The notes beneath the pieces were generated by a model that made no database searches, had not been told where the DNA came from, and saw nothing but the letters and a program-made list of their open reading frames with translations. Positions 49,184 to 58,719 of a DNA stretch of 64,000 nucleotides are shown one piece after another. Both the position numbers and the translations under genes were made by a program. Source of the stretch: an uncultured Sphingomonas sp. (GTDB lineage: Bacteria > Pseudomonadota > Alphaproteobacteria > Sphingomonadales > Sphingomonadaceae); NCBI RefSeq assembly GCF_913776855.1, contig NZ_CAJYQD010000042.1, positions 7,948 through 71,947 on the forward strand, in the 5' to 3' direction. Positions within the stretch are counted from its first letter, which is position 1; every line of letters begins with the position of its first letter.

Positions 49184-50514
49184 AGCGGTTCAACGGGATG
49201 CGGAACGCCTTGGCGCTGACGGCGGCGTTACTGGTCGTACAGCCAGCAGTGGCATGGGCACAGGCGGCACCGCCGCGCGCGCCCGCCCGGCCCGCCGCAC
49301 AGCGCGCGCTGCCCGCGACCGAGGCGATGGTCCGCGACTATGTGGCGCAGAAGAAGGCACCGGGCATGGTGGTCGTCGTCGGCGGCCCCGACTGGACCAG
49401 CGCCCACGCCGCCGGGCGTGTCGCGACCGACGCCACCGCCGCGCCGGCCAATGTCGATACGCTGTGGCGGGTCTATTCGATGACCAAGCCGATCACCGGC
49501 ATGGCGGCGATGATGCTGGTCGAGGACGGCAAGCTGAAGCTCGACCAGCCGATCAGCGACTTCATCCCCGGTTTCAAGTCGATGAAGGTGCTGACCGATC
49601 CCGACAAGAGCCTTGCCAGCCGCCCGGCGACGACGCCGATCACCGTGCGTCACCTGCTGACCCATACCGCGGGTTTGGGCTACAGCATCGTGACCAAGGG
49701 GCCGTTGCTGAAGGAATATGAGCGCCTCGGCATCGTTCCCGCCGCCGTCAACGCGCAGGCCGAGGTCGCGATGGCGCAGGCGCGGCCGAAATCGCTGGAG
49801 GACTTCGCCAACCGCGTCGCCACCCTCCCACTGATCGCCGAGCCGGGGACGAAGTGGAGCTATTCGATCGGCCTCGACGTGATGGCGCGGGTGATCGAGG
49901 TGGCTTCGGGCCTGTCGTTCGAGAGGTTCCTGCAGACGCGGATGTTCGGACCGCTCGGCATGACCTCGACCTATTGGACCGTGCCCGCAGCACAGAAGGG
50001 GCGGCTGGCGACCAACTATGCCTGGGCCGGCGACAATCTGGTGCCGGTCGATCCCGCCGCGACCTCGGTGTGGCTGTCGCCGCCCAGCTTTCCCTATGGC
50101 GGCGCGGGGCTGGTCATGTCGGCGGCCGATTACGACCGGTTCCTCCACATGCTCCAGAACGGTGGCACGCTGGATGGCAAGCGCGTGATGAAGCCGGCGA
50201 CGGTGGCGCTGGGCATGTCAAACCTGCTGCCCGCCGGAGTCACCTTTGGCGGAGTCGACGGCGCGACCGGCGGACAGGCCGGTCCGAAGATGGGCTTCGG
50301 CGCGGGCGGTTCGGTCTATCTGGAGACGCTGCCCGGACGGCCGGGCAAGGGTACCTATGGCTGGGGCGGGGCGGCCGGGACCGTCGCATTCGTCGATCCG
50401 GTGCGGCAGCTGCGCGGGACCGTGATGGTGAATTACTTCCCCGCCGACAAATGGCCGCTGCGCGACGATCTGGTGAAGGCATTGGCGAGCGATCTGGCCG
50501 GGCCGGTGCGATGA
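49180..50514 (+). CDS. Serine hydrolase, beta-lactamase/esterase family VIII-like, exported
   Basis: YSMTK (SxxK), LLTHTAG, WSYSIG, YGWGG. Confidence 0.87.
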   Translation: MKRFNGMRNALALTAALLVVQPAVAWAQAAPPRAPARPAAQRALPATEAMVRDYVAQKKAPGMVVVVGGPDWTSAHAAGRVATDATAAPANVDTLWRVYSMTKPITGMAAMMLVEDGKLKLDQPISDFIPGFKSMKVLTDPDKSLASRPATTPITVRHLLTHTAGLGYSIVTKGPLLKEYERLGIVPAAVNAQAEVAMAQARPKSLEDFANRVATLPLIAEPGTKWSYSIGLDVMARVIEVASGLSFERFLQTRMFGPLGMTSTYWTVPAAQKGRLATNYAWAGDNLVPVDPAATSVWLSPPSFPYGGAGLVMSAADYDRFLHMLQNGGTLDGKRVMKPATVALGMSNLLPAGVTFGGVDGATGGQAGPKMGFGAGGSVYLETLPGRPGKGTYGWGGAAGTVAFVDPVRQLRGTVMVNYFPADKWPLRDDLVKALASDLAGPVR

Positions 50515-51365
50515 TCGGCTTTACCGGCGCGGCGCTGGTTCGCGCGGATAACGAGCGGGATGATCCGGGGGCCTTCGCCCGCGCGCTGGCCGATCCGGCG
50601 GCACGACTGCTCGTGCTGACCGGCCTCGAACCGCCGGTGGCCGAGGACGGCGCGCTGCACCTCGCGGCGATGGACCCGGCGCGGGCCGATGCGCTGCTGC
50701 TCGGTTATCTGGAGGGCGCGCCGCTGTTCGTAGCGGGGAATGGCGATGGCAGCGCGCCGGCGATGCGGTCGCCCGCGCTGATGGCCGCGCTGGCGATGAT
50801 GCCGCCGGCCGACGTCGCCCTTTATGGTGTCGCGCGCAGCCTGGTCGACTGGCATTCGCGCCACGGTTTCTGCGCGAAGTGCGGCCATGCCAGCATCGTC
50901 GCGCGCGGCGGCTGGGCGCGGTCGTGCCCCGGCTGCGGCGCGCTGCACTTCCCGCGCACCGACCCGGTGGTCATCATGGCGGTCGAACATGGCGACCGCG
51001 TGCTGCTGGGCCGCCAGCCGAGCTGGCCCGTCGGGCGTTATTCGGCGCTCGCCGGCTTTGTCGAGGTCGGCGAATCGGTCGAGGAAGCGGTCGCGCGCGA
51101 GGTGCTGGAGGAAGCGGGCGTCGCGGTGGACGCGGTACGCTACGTCGCCAGCCAGCCCTGGCCGTTTCCGTCGCAGCTGATGATCGCCTGCATCGCGACC
51201 GCGGCGGACGATACGCTGACGATCGATACCTCCGAACTGGAACAGGCGTTCTGGGCAACGCGGGACGAGGTGCGCGCGGCGCTGTCGGGCGATACGTCGC
51301 GTTTCATCGCGCCGCCGGCCCATGCGATTGCGCGGAGTCTGCTGGCGGCGTGGGTGGGGGACTGA
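50511..51365 (+). CDS. nudC: NAD(H) diphosphatase
   Basis: FCAKCG...CPGC zinc ribbon, Nudix box GFVEVGESVEEAVAREVLEE, SQPWPFP. Confidence 0.93.
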   Translation: MIGFTGAALVRADNERDDPGAFARALADPAARLLVLTGLEPPVAEDGALHLAAMDPARADALLLGYLEGAPLFVAGNGDGSAPAMRSPALMAALAMMPPADVALYGVARSLVDWHSRHGFCAKCGHASIVARGGWARSCPGCGALHFPRTDPVVIMAVEHGDRVLLGRQPSWPVGRYSALAGFVEVGESVEEAVAREVLEEAGVAVDAVRYVASQPWPFPSQLMIACIATAADDTLTIDTSELEQAFWATRDEVRAALSGDTSRFIAPPAHAIARSLLAAWVGD

Positions 51366-51382
51366 CCACCGTTCAACTCCCC

Positions 51383-51503
51383 CCGTTTGCTTCGAGCGCA
51401 GGTTCGAGCTTGTCGAGAACCGTAGTCGAGAAGGGGTTGCCCAAAACGGGGCGTTCTCGACGGACGCTTCTCGACTACGCTCGAAGCTGCTCGAACCAAA
51501 CGG
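51383..51503 (+). repeat. ~120-bp nested-palindrome repeat, copy 2
   Basis: Near-identical to 17288-17407; lies between convergent nudC and pheA. Confidence 0.9.
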
Positions 51504-51525
51504 GATGCGAGGGGGATGGTAAAGC

Positions 51526-52416
51526 CTACCCCCGCTCCCGTGCCCGCCCATAGCTTCCCAGCAACCGCACCCATTTGCTGTGGAACCGCAGTTCCTCCAG
51601 CGCGCGGTCGACATGCGCCTCGCCCGGCCGCCCTTCGATGTCGCAGAAGAACTCGGTCGCGGCAAAGGTGCCGCCGCGCTGATAGCTTTCCAGCTTCGTC
51701 ATGTTGACGCCGTTGGTCGCGAACCCGCCCATCGCCTTGTAGAGGGCGGCGGGCACGTTCTTCACCTCGAACACCAATGTCGTCATGCACGGCCCCTCGG
51801 GCAACTCGGGCAGCGCGCCGCGCGCGAGGACGACGAAGCGCGTCGTATTGTGGTCGGCATCGGCAATATCGTCGGCCAGCAGTTGCAGCCCGTACAGCGC
51901 CGCCGCCGCCGGGGGCGCCAGCGCGGCGACGGTGGGATCGCCGATCGCCGCGACCGATGCCGCCGCGCCGGCCGTGTCGGGATGCGCCACCGGTTCGATC
52001 CCGCGCGCGCTCAACCAGTGGCGGCACTGGCCCAGCGCCTGTTCGTGGCTCATCGCCTGGCGGATGCCCTCGACCGGACCCAGCCCCATCAGCGCGTGGC
52101 GGATCGGCAGGAAATGTTCGCCGGTGATGACCAGCCCGGATTCGGGCAGCAGGAAGTGCATGTCGGCCACGCGCCCATGCAGCGAATTTTCAATCGGGAT
52201 GATCGCGCAATCCGCCTGGCCGGACCGCACCGCGTCGATCGCATCGGCAAAGCCGAAACACGGCAGCGGCAGCGCGTCGGGAAACGCCTGGACCAGCGCG
52301 ACGTGCGAATTGGCACCCGGTGCCCCCTGAAAGGCGACGGTGCGATTCGGTTCGCGCGCGGCGGCGTCGATCATCTGCGCCACCAGCGGGCGCGCGGGTG
52401 CGGCGTATTTGTGCAT
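51526..52416 (-). CDS. pheA: Prephenate dehydratase
   Basis: AFQGAPGANS, PIENSLHG, NTTRF, ACT domain NMTKLESY. Confidence 0.92.
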   Translation of the reverse strand: MHKYAAPARPLVAQMIDAAAREPNRTVAFQGAPGANSHVALVQAFPDALPLPCFGFADAIDAVRSGQADCAIIPIENSLHGRVADMHFLLPESGLVITGEHFLPIRHALMGLGPVEGIRQAMSHEQALGQCRHWLSARGIEPVAHPDTAGAAASVAAIGDPTVAALAPPAAAALYGLQLLADDIADADHNTTRFVVLARGALPELPEGPCMTTLVFEVKNVPAALYKAMGGFATNGVNMTKLESYQRGGTFAATEFFCDIEGRPGEAHVDRALEELRFHSKWVRLLGSYGRARERG

Positions 52417-52532
52417 GGGGGGTGGCGATTATCGGGCGCGGGCACACCCGGCAACCCTGTCTTGCCAGTATCGGATGCCGTGTCTAAGCATGGCCCCAAA
52501 CAAAACCAATATTAGGCGAGACGGCTCAGGGC

Positions 52533-53213
52533 ATGGACGACCGGACGAACACCATCGCAGGTTGGGTATTGGCTGGTTGCGCCGCCGCCCTCGGACTTTC
52601 CATCGCCAGCGGCATGGTGTTCCATTCGGGACCGCCGGAAAAGCCGGGCTATCCGGTCGAGGGGGCCGCCGAAGCCGGGGGCGGTGCCGCCGCCGCCGTG
52701 CCGATCGCCACGCTGCTCGCCACCGCCGACGTGGCGAAGGGCGCGGAAGTGTTCAAGAAATGCGCCGCGTGCCACACCGTCAACCAGGGCGGGGCCAACG
52801 GCATCGGCCCGAACCTGTGGGGCGTGATCGGCAAGAAGCATGGCCATCTGCCCAATTTCGCCTATTCGACGGCGCTGACCGGCATTCCGGGCAACTGGGA
52901 TTTCGATGCGATGAATGCGTGGCTGACCTCCCCGCGCAAATATGCGCCGGGCACCAAGATGACCTTCGCGGGTCTGGGCAGTGCGGAGGACCGGGCGAAC
53001 GTCATCGCCTATCTGAACACGCAGGGCTCCAACCTGCCGCTGCCCGCCGCACCCGCCGCCGGTGCGGCGCCCGCCGCGGCCGAAGCGGAAGGCAATGTCG
53101 CAGAAGGTGCGCCGGCCAACACCGCCGATGTCGTGAACGCGGCGACCCCGGCATCGGGCGCGCCATCGGTCGATCCGGCGGCGGCGGAACAGGCGGCGAA
53201 GAAGGGCGAGTAA
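52533..53213 (+). CDS. Membrane-anchored cytochrome c (CycM-like)
   Basis: N-terminal TM, CAACH, GPNLWG, PGTKMTFAGL, Ala-rich tail. Confidence 0.9.
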   Translation: MDDRTNTIAGWVLAGCAAALGLSIASGMVFHSGPPEKPGYPVEGAAEAGGGAAAAVPIATLLATADVAKGAEVFKKCAACHTVNQGGANGIGPNLWGVIGKKHGHLPNFAYSTALTGIPGNWDFDAMNAWLTSPRKYAPGTKMTFAGLGSAEDRANVIAYLNTQGSNLPLPAAPAAGAAPAAAEAEGNVAEGAPANTADVVNAATPASGAPSVDPAAAEQAAKKGE

Positions 53214-53228
53214 CCCGCCAGCCCAGAA

Positions 53229-53311
53229 CGTCATCCCAGCGAAGGCTGGGATCTCCCGCTGCCAGCACGGGACAGGAGCCGCTTGAGGCCCCAGCCTTCG
53301 CTGGGGCCACG
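53229..53311. repeat. CGTC-class REP inverted dimer
   Basis: cgtcatcccagcgaaggctgggatctc ... gaggccccagccttcgctggggccacg. Confidence 0.8.
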
Positions 53312-53369
53312 TCCGGGGCGGATGGGGGTGGCAGCCTGATCCGACGACGATGCTGCAATCCCGACCCGG

Positions 53370-54053
53370 TCAGGCCGTAACCGGCTCCAGCCCCAGCAAC
53401 CGCGCCACCTCGTCGAACCCATGCGCGATTTCGGTCACGCCCAGCGCGCGCAGGCGGTCGTCATGGCCGACCCCGCAATGCGATCCGGCACACAGCCCGA
53501 TCACCCGCGCGCCCGATGCGACCGCTCCGGTCACCCCGACCGGCGAATCCTCGAGGATCGCGCAATCCTCGATTCCAACGCCCAGCTGTTTCGCGCCGTA
53601 CAGATACAAATCGGGTGCGGGCTTGCCGTTCGCGACATGCTCCTTGCCGCTATAGATATGGTTGCCGAACGCATCGCGCAGGCCCAGATGATCGAGATGC
53701 GTGGCGATCCAGTGGCTCGTGCTGGACGATACGATCGCACGCGGCAGGTCGGCGGGCAGCGAACGGACGAACGCGACGGCACCCGCCACCGCATCGACCC
53801 CCTCGGCCAGCACCCGCGCATCCTCGATGGCGCGCGCGTCCCAGAAGCCGTCGGGCACCGGGCCGCCAACCCATTTCTCGACCGCCTGGGTGAAATGACT
53901 GCCCGACAGCCCCATGAAATGGGCCATCGAATCGGCGGCGCTGGTCGGGTGACCGGCGGCGGTCAGGAATTCGGCGATCTGGCGGTTGCCGGCATATTCG
54001 CTTTCCAGCAGCACGCCGTCGAAATCGAACAACAGGGCCTTGGGACGGGTCAT
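53370..54053 (-). CDS. HAD-superfamily phosphatase
   Basis: FDFDGVL, SSS, KPAPDLY, LEDSPVG. Confidence 0.9.
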   Translation of the reverse strand: MTRPKALLFDFDGVLLESEYAGNRQIAEFLTAAGHPTSAADSMAHFMGLSGSHFTQAVEKWVGGPVPDGFWDARAIEDARVLAEGVDAVAGAVAFVRSLPADLPRAIVSSSTSHWIATHLDHLGLRDAFGNHIYSGKEHVANGKPAPDLYLYGAKQLGVGIEDCAILEDSPVGVTGAVASGARVIGLCAGSHCGVGHDDRLRALGVTEIAHGFDEVARLLGLEPVTA

Positions 54054-54063
54054 CATCATTCCT

Positions 54064-54729
54064 TTATACCCCGCGCGCGCCGAACAGCGCGGAGCCGATC
54101 CGGACATGGGTCGCGCCCAGCGTCACGGCGGTTTCGAAATCGTCGGACATGCCCATGCTCAGCCCGGTCAGGCCATGGTCGCGCGCCAGCTTGGCGGTGA
54201 GCGCGAAATAGGGCGCGGCGTCGAGCCCGGCGGGGGGCACGCACATCAGCCCGGCGACCGGCAGCCCGGCGGCCTTGGCCTCGGCCAGCAGCGCGGGCAG
54301 GTCGGCGATGGCACAGCCGCCCTTTTGCGGTTCGTCGCCGATATCGACCTGCAGGAAACAGGCGGGGGTGCGACCGATCTTCTCGATCGCCTTGCCCAGT
54401 GCCGCGACCAACGACGGGCGATCGACCGAATGGATCGCGTCGAACAGGCGCACGGCATCCTCGGCCTTGTTCGATTGCAACTGGCCGACCAGATGCAGTT
54501 CGATCTCCGGCGTCGCGTCCATCAGCGCGGGCCATTTGCCCTGCGCTTCCTGCACGCGGTTTTCGCCGAACACGCGCTGTCCGGCGTCGATCAGCGGCTG
54601 GATCGCCGCGGCGTCGTGGGTCTTGCTGACGGCGATCAGCGTCGTCGCCCCCCGGTCGCGGCGGGCGATCGATTCGGCATGGGCGATCCGGTCGCGGATG
54701 GTAGCCAGCAGGGTGTCGGTTTTGGTCAT
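54064..54729 (-). CDS. yggS: PLP homeostasis protein YggS
   Basis: LIAVSKT, FGENRVQE, GQLQSNK, LSMGMSDDF, VRIGSALFG. Confidence 0.93.
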   Translation of the reverse strand: MTKTDTLLATIRDRIAHAESIARRDRGATTLIAVSKTHDAAAIQPLIDAGQRVFGENRVQEAQGKWPALMDATPEIELHLVGQLQSNKAEDAVRLFDAIHSVDRPSLVAALGKAIEKIGRTPACFLQVDIGDEPQKGGCAIADLPALLAEAKAAGLPVAGLMCVPPAGLDAAPYFALTAKLARDHGLTGLSMGMSDDFETAVTLGATHVRIGSALFGARGV

Positions 54730-54751
54730 CGCGCGCGCTATAGAGGCCGCC

Positions 54752-55282
54752 ATGCCCCGCCGCCACCCTTTGCCGCAACGCTGGCTGATGACCGACGAGC
54801 GGCTGGGGGATGCGCTGTTGCCGATCGTGCGGGCGATGCCGCGCGGCAGCGGGATCGTGTTTCGCCACTATGCGACGCCGCTGGCCGAGCGCCGCGCGCT
54901 GTTCGCGGCGGTGCGCCGGATCGCGCGGGCGCGGCGGCATATGCTGTTGCTCGCGGGACCCGCGCTGCCCGGCGCGGACGGGGTTCACGGGCGCCGCGCG
55001 CGGCGCGGCAAGGGGCTGGCGACCCGTCCGGCGCACGACCGCAAGGCGGTGGTCGCGGCGCAGCGGGCCGGGGTAGACGCCATCTTCGTCTCACCGGTAT
55101 TCGCTACCGCCTCGCATCCCGGCGCACCCGCACTGGGGCGGGTGCTGTTCCAGCGGCTGATCGATGGCGCGCGCGTCCCGGTCATCGCGCTCGGCGGCAT
55201 GACGGCGATGCGTGCGCGGACGCTGAAGGGGATTGCCGGCTGGGCAGCGATCGATGCCTGGGCGTCAGAATTTCGCGCGTAG
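54752..55282 (+). CDS. Short thiamine-phosphate synthase/TenI-like protein
   Basis: ADGVH, FVSPVFATASHP, PVIALGG; only 176 aa. Confidence 0.7.
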   Translation: MPRRHPLPQRWLMTDERLGDALLPIVRAMPRGSGIVFRHYATPLAERRALFAAVRRIARARRHMLLLAGPALPGADGVHGRRARRGKGLATRPAHDRKAVVAAQRAGVDAIFVSPVFATASHPGAPALGRVLFQRLIDGARVPVIALGGMTAMRARTLKGIAGWAAIDAWASEFRA

Positions 55283-57379
55283 CTCGGCAAGGACGGTCCG
55301 CGGTTCGCCGGGAAAATGGCCGGTCTGCCGCGAGAAGCCCGACGCGGCATATAACTTGTCGAACAGGTTATCGACGCGCAGCATCAGCTCGGCAAAGCCC
55401 AGCGACTTGGTGATCGATGCGTCGAAGATCGCATAGGGTCGCACCGTCTGGCCCGACCGGCTGATCCGGCGCGACACCGCTTCGCCGCCGATCGCAAAGG
55501 CGGTGCCGATCGCCTCCACCTGATACCGGCTCCAGAAACCGGCCTTGTGCGCCGGGGCGTTGGCGAAGCGGCTGCCGACCGCATCGGTCACCGCCTGTCC
55601 CTGGGCGGTCGCGGTCACGCGCGTGTCGTTATAGCCGTAATTGGCCATCAGCACCCACTGCGGGGTCAGGTCGGTGGTCAGGTCGACTTCGATCCCCTTG
55701 CTGGTGACCTCACCGATCGGGCTGAGTGAATCGACCCCGTTCATCGGGCTGCGGGTCGGGTCGACCTGCAACAAATTGCTGCGCAGGATGCGATAGGCGG
55801 CGGCATTGGCCTGCAACCGGCCACCGAACAGGCGCGACTTGACCCCGGCTTCGACCTGGTTGCCGGTCACCGGCGCGAACGGGCCGCCCGCGTCGCTGTT
55901 CTGGCTGGCCGGGGCCTGCGGGTCGAACCCTTCCGACCAGCTGGCATAGAGCGACAGGTCGGGTCGCGGGCGATAGATCAGCCCGCCGCGAAACGTCACG
56001 TCGCTGTCGCGGTAGCTGGCATTGCTGGTGACCCGGCCGGCGGTCGCGACGCGCACCGCATCCTCGAACCGGTCCCAGCGCACGCCCGCGATCAGCAGCA
56101 GCGTGTCGGTCAGGCTGATCTGGTCCTGGGCATAGGCGCCGACCCGGCGCGATCGGGTGTCGGTGTCGGTGAAGGGCAGCGCCGTCGCCCGCAGCGCGTC
56201 GCCGTCCGACCGGCCATAGACCGGGTTGGACAGGCTGAGCGGCAGGACACCGCTGCGCAGGATACGCGAGCTGAGGCCATTGTCCTCGCGATACCAGTCG
56301 CCGCCGATCTGAAACCGATGTGCCATGCCGAAAAGACGGGCGGTGGCGGTGGCGTTGGCCATGAACGACAGGCCATCGACCGGCCGTACCTGATCGCGAA
56401 ACTCGCGCAGCACCAGGTCTGGGTTGGTCGTGCTGACCCCGCGCGGTTCGTGATATTTCTGCCGTTCGGTCGACCGGAAGCGGCGCGCGCCGGCATCGAG
56501 CGTGATCGCATCGCCGATCGTCGTCGCATAGCGCGCCGACCACGCCGTCGAGGTCAGGCGGAGTGCATCGCTCTTTTCATTGGCGTTCCAGCGGATCGAC
56601 GTGCGGAACCGCCCGCTATCGTCGACCAGCACCCCGCGCAGCCGGTTAGCGCGCAGGTAATTGTCATAGGTCGTGACCTGCAGCGTCAGCAGCCCGCCGG
56701 GATGGGTGCGGATCGACAGGCCGGCATCGCCGATCGACGTCCTGTTGAGCGTGTTGCGCCGATAGGGCTGCATCGCTTCGAAAAAGCCGCCGACACGATA
56801 GCTGACCACGCCGTCGCGATCGATCCGGTCGGTCGCTTCCGCCGAGATGCCGGCGCGGCCATAGGTGCCGCCGGTCACCACGGTGCGCAGCGACGCGCGG
56901 TCCGATGGCGTCTTCGATACATAGTTGATGATGCCGCCCGGCGCGCCGGGGCCGAAGAACAGGCCCGATGGCCCTTTCAGCACCTCGACCCGGTCGACAT
57001 TGAACAGCTGCGGCACGGTAAAGCCGATGAACGGGTTGCCGCGCATCCCGTCGTAAAAGGATTCATCCTGGCGGAACCCGCGAAAGGTGACGCCGGCATA
57101 GCTGAAGGTGCTGATGCCGGAGATGTTGCGATAGATGTCGGTCGCATCGCGTGCGCCCTGGTCGGTGAACAGGTCGTTGTTGATGACCTGCAGCGCCTGC
57201 GGAATGTCCAGCGGGTCCTGCGCCGATTTGCCGACGGTGGTCACCAGCGTGCGATAGAGTTGCTGCGCCCGTCCCTGCACCACGATCTCCGCATCGTCGC
57301 CCGGCGTCGCCGCCTGCTGCGCCATTGCCGGCACCGGTGCCGTCGCCACTGCCAAAACCCACAACCCCCGCAACGCCAA
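55265..57379 (-). CDS. TonB-dependent siderophore-type receptor
   Basis: Signal peptide, TonB box EIVVQG, DIPQ, RVEVLKGPSGLFFG...PGGIIN, NLFDKLY, C-terminal F. Confidence 0.92.
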   Translation of the reverse strand: MALRGLWVLAVATAPVPAMAQQAATPGDDAEIVVQGRAQQLYRTLVTTVGKSAQDPLDIPQALQVINNDLFTDQGARDATDIYRNISGISTFSYAGVTFRGFRQDESFYDGMRGNPFIGFTVPQLFNVDRVEVLKGPSGLFFGPGAPGGIINYVSKTPSDRASLRTVVTGGTYGRAGISAEATDRIDRDGVVSYRVGGFFEAMQPYRRNTLNRTSIGDAGLSIRTHPGGLLTLQVTTYDNYLRANRLRGVLVDDSGRFRTSIRWNANEKSDALRLTSTAWSARYATTIGDAITLDAGARRFRSTERQKYHEPRGVSTTNPDLVLREFRDQVRPVDGLSFMANATATARLFGMAHRFQIGGDWYREDNGLSSRILRSGVLPLSLSNPVYGRSDGDALRATALPFTDTDTRSRRVGAYAQDQISLTDTLLLIAGVRWDRFEDAVRVATAGRVTSNASYRDSDVTFRGGLIYRPRPDLSLYASWSEGFDPQAPASQNSDAGGPFAPVTGNQVEAGVKSRLFGGRLQANAAAYRILRSNLLQVDPTRSPMNGVDSLSPIGEVTSKGIEVDLTTDLTPQWVLMANYGYNDTRVTATAQGQAVTDAVGSRFANAPAHKAGFWSRYQVEAIGTAFAIGGEAVSRRISRSGQTVRPYAIFDASITKSLGFAELMLRVDNLFDKLYAASGFSRQTGHFPGEPRTVLAELRAKF

Positions 57380-57393
57380 TCCCCTATTTGCAC

Positions 57394-57414
57394 TTGATAG
57401 TAGCTCGCATTAGC
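57394..57414 (-). promoter_or_regulatory. Candidate Fur-type iron box
   Basis: GCTAATGCGAGCTACTATCAA just upstream of the receptor start; resembles TGCGA-N-TC(G/T)CA alphaproteobacterial Fur boxes. Confidence 0.5.
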
Positions 57415-57459
57415 GAGTGATGATGCGGTGTGCAATCGTTGCGATGGCGATATGGCAGG

Positions 57460-57484
57460 GGAACGTCGCCGGGTTCCGTCCGTT
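57460..57484 (+). promoter_or_regulatory. EcfG-type promoter
   Basis: Exact GGAAC-N16-CGTT ending 21 nt before the GTG at 57506. Confidence 0.7.
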
Positions 57485-57505
57485 CACGGTCCAAAGGGGA
57501 AGTAT

Positions 57506-58576
57506 GTGACGAACAGCGACGCAGAGCGCTCGACCCCCGGCTATGGCCGGGTCGCGGCGATGACGGTGATGGTGCTGGCGATCGCGGGAACCGCGTTCCT
57601 GCTGGTCAGCATGATGCGGCTGGTCCTGCTGGTATTCGCCGCGACGACCATCGCCGTGCTGTTCAGCGCGGTGGCGAACCGTATCCAGCGCTGGACCCGG
57701 CTGCCGCGCGGGCTGGCGCTGGCGCTGTCGGTGATCCTGCTGCTCGGCATCGTCATCGGCATCTTCTTCGGGTTCGGCGCGCAGCTGGTCCAGCAATTCG
57801 ACACCATCCGCCAGGAAATCCCCTCCGCGCTGCAGGCGATCCAGGGGCAGCTTGACGGCTGGGGCATCGGCGAACCGGCGCGCGAACTGCTGTCGCAGGG
57901 CAGCAGCGACCTGTCGACGATCATGTCGCGCGCGGGCACCTATGTCCTCTCGATCGGGTCGGGCCTGTCGGACGCGGTATTGGTGCTGGTCGGCGCGATC
58001 TTCCTTGCCGCCGATCCCGAACTCTACCGGCGCGGGCTGGTGAAGCTGGTGCCGCCTTCGGTCGAACCGGTCGCTCGGCAGGCGGTGGACGATGCCGCCG
58101 GGGGCCTGCGCGGCTGGATGAAGGGAGAGGCGGTGGCGATCGTCGTCGTCGCCGTGCTGACGACGGCCGGGCTATGGCTGCTGGGCGTGCCCGCCGCGAT
58201 CGGCCTCGGCCTGATCGCCGGGTTGATGGATGTCGTGCCCTATGTCGGGCCGATCATCGCCGGGCTGCCCGCCGTCATGCTGGCCTTCACCCAGTCGCCC
58301 TCCACCGCGCTGTGGACGATCGCGCTGTTCCTGATCGTGCAGCAGATCCAGGGCAATATCCTGCAACCGATCGTCCAGAAGCACGCCGTCGACGTGCCGC
58401 CCGCCGTGCTGTTGTTCTCGGTCATCGGCATGGGGCTGCTGTTCGGGTTCATCGGCGTGCTGCTCGCCGCACCGCTGACCATCGTGATGTTCGTGCTGGT
58501 GCAGCGTATCTATGTGCAGCACCTGCTCGGCCGCGACATCACCGTTGCGACCGACAAGGTGGAGGAGGAAGCGTGA
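57506..58576 (+). CDS. AI-2E family transporter
   Basis: Multi-TM, VPYVGPII, QQIQGNILQP, GFIGVLLAAPL. Confidence 0.9.
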   Translation: MTNSDAERSTPGYGRVAAMTVMVLAIAGTAFLLVSMMRLVLLVFAATTIAVLFSAVANRIQRWTRLPRGLALALSVILLLGIVIGIFFGFGAQLVQQFDTIRQEIPSALQAIQGQLDGWGIGEPARELLSQGSSDLSTIMSRAGTYVLSIGSGLSDAVLVLVGAIFLAADPELYRRGLVKLVPPSVEPVARQAVDDAAGGLRGWMKGEAVAIVVVAVLTTAGLWLLGVPAAIGLGLIAGLMDVVPYVGPIIAGLPAVMLAFTQSPSTALWTIALFLIVQQIQGNILQPIVQKHAVDVPPAVLLFSVIGMGLLFGFIGVLLAAPLTIVMFVLVQRIYVQHLLGRDITVATDKVEEEA

Positions 58577-58595
58577 GCGCTTGCCACTGCCGCTC

Positions 58596-58704
58596 CCGTT
58601 CGTCCTGAGGTGCCGCCGAGCTTGTCGAAGGGCGTATCGAAGGACCGCCAAGGGTGCTTCGATACGGGTCTTCGATAAGCTCGGCCCCTTCTCGGCATGA
58701 ACGG
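58596..58704. repeat. Related nested palindromic repeat (CCGTTC...GAACGG class)
   Basis: ccgttcgtcctgag ... gagcttgtcgaag ... cttcgataagctc ... ctcggcatgaacgg; same architecture as the 120-bp family but diverged. Confidence 0.75.
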
Positions 58705-58719
58705 TTCGGCCGGAGTGGA

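Noticed and set aside
49180-50514. Antibiotic-resistance beta-lactamase
   Set aside because: The SMTK/LLTHTAG/WGG pattern and core-genome context fit family VIII esterase-like serine hydrolases; resistance cannot be inferred.
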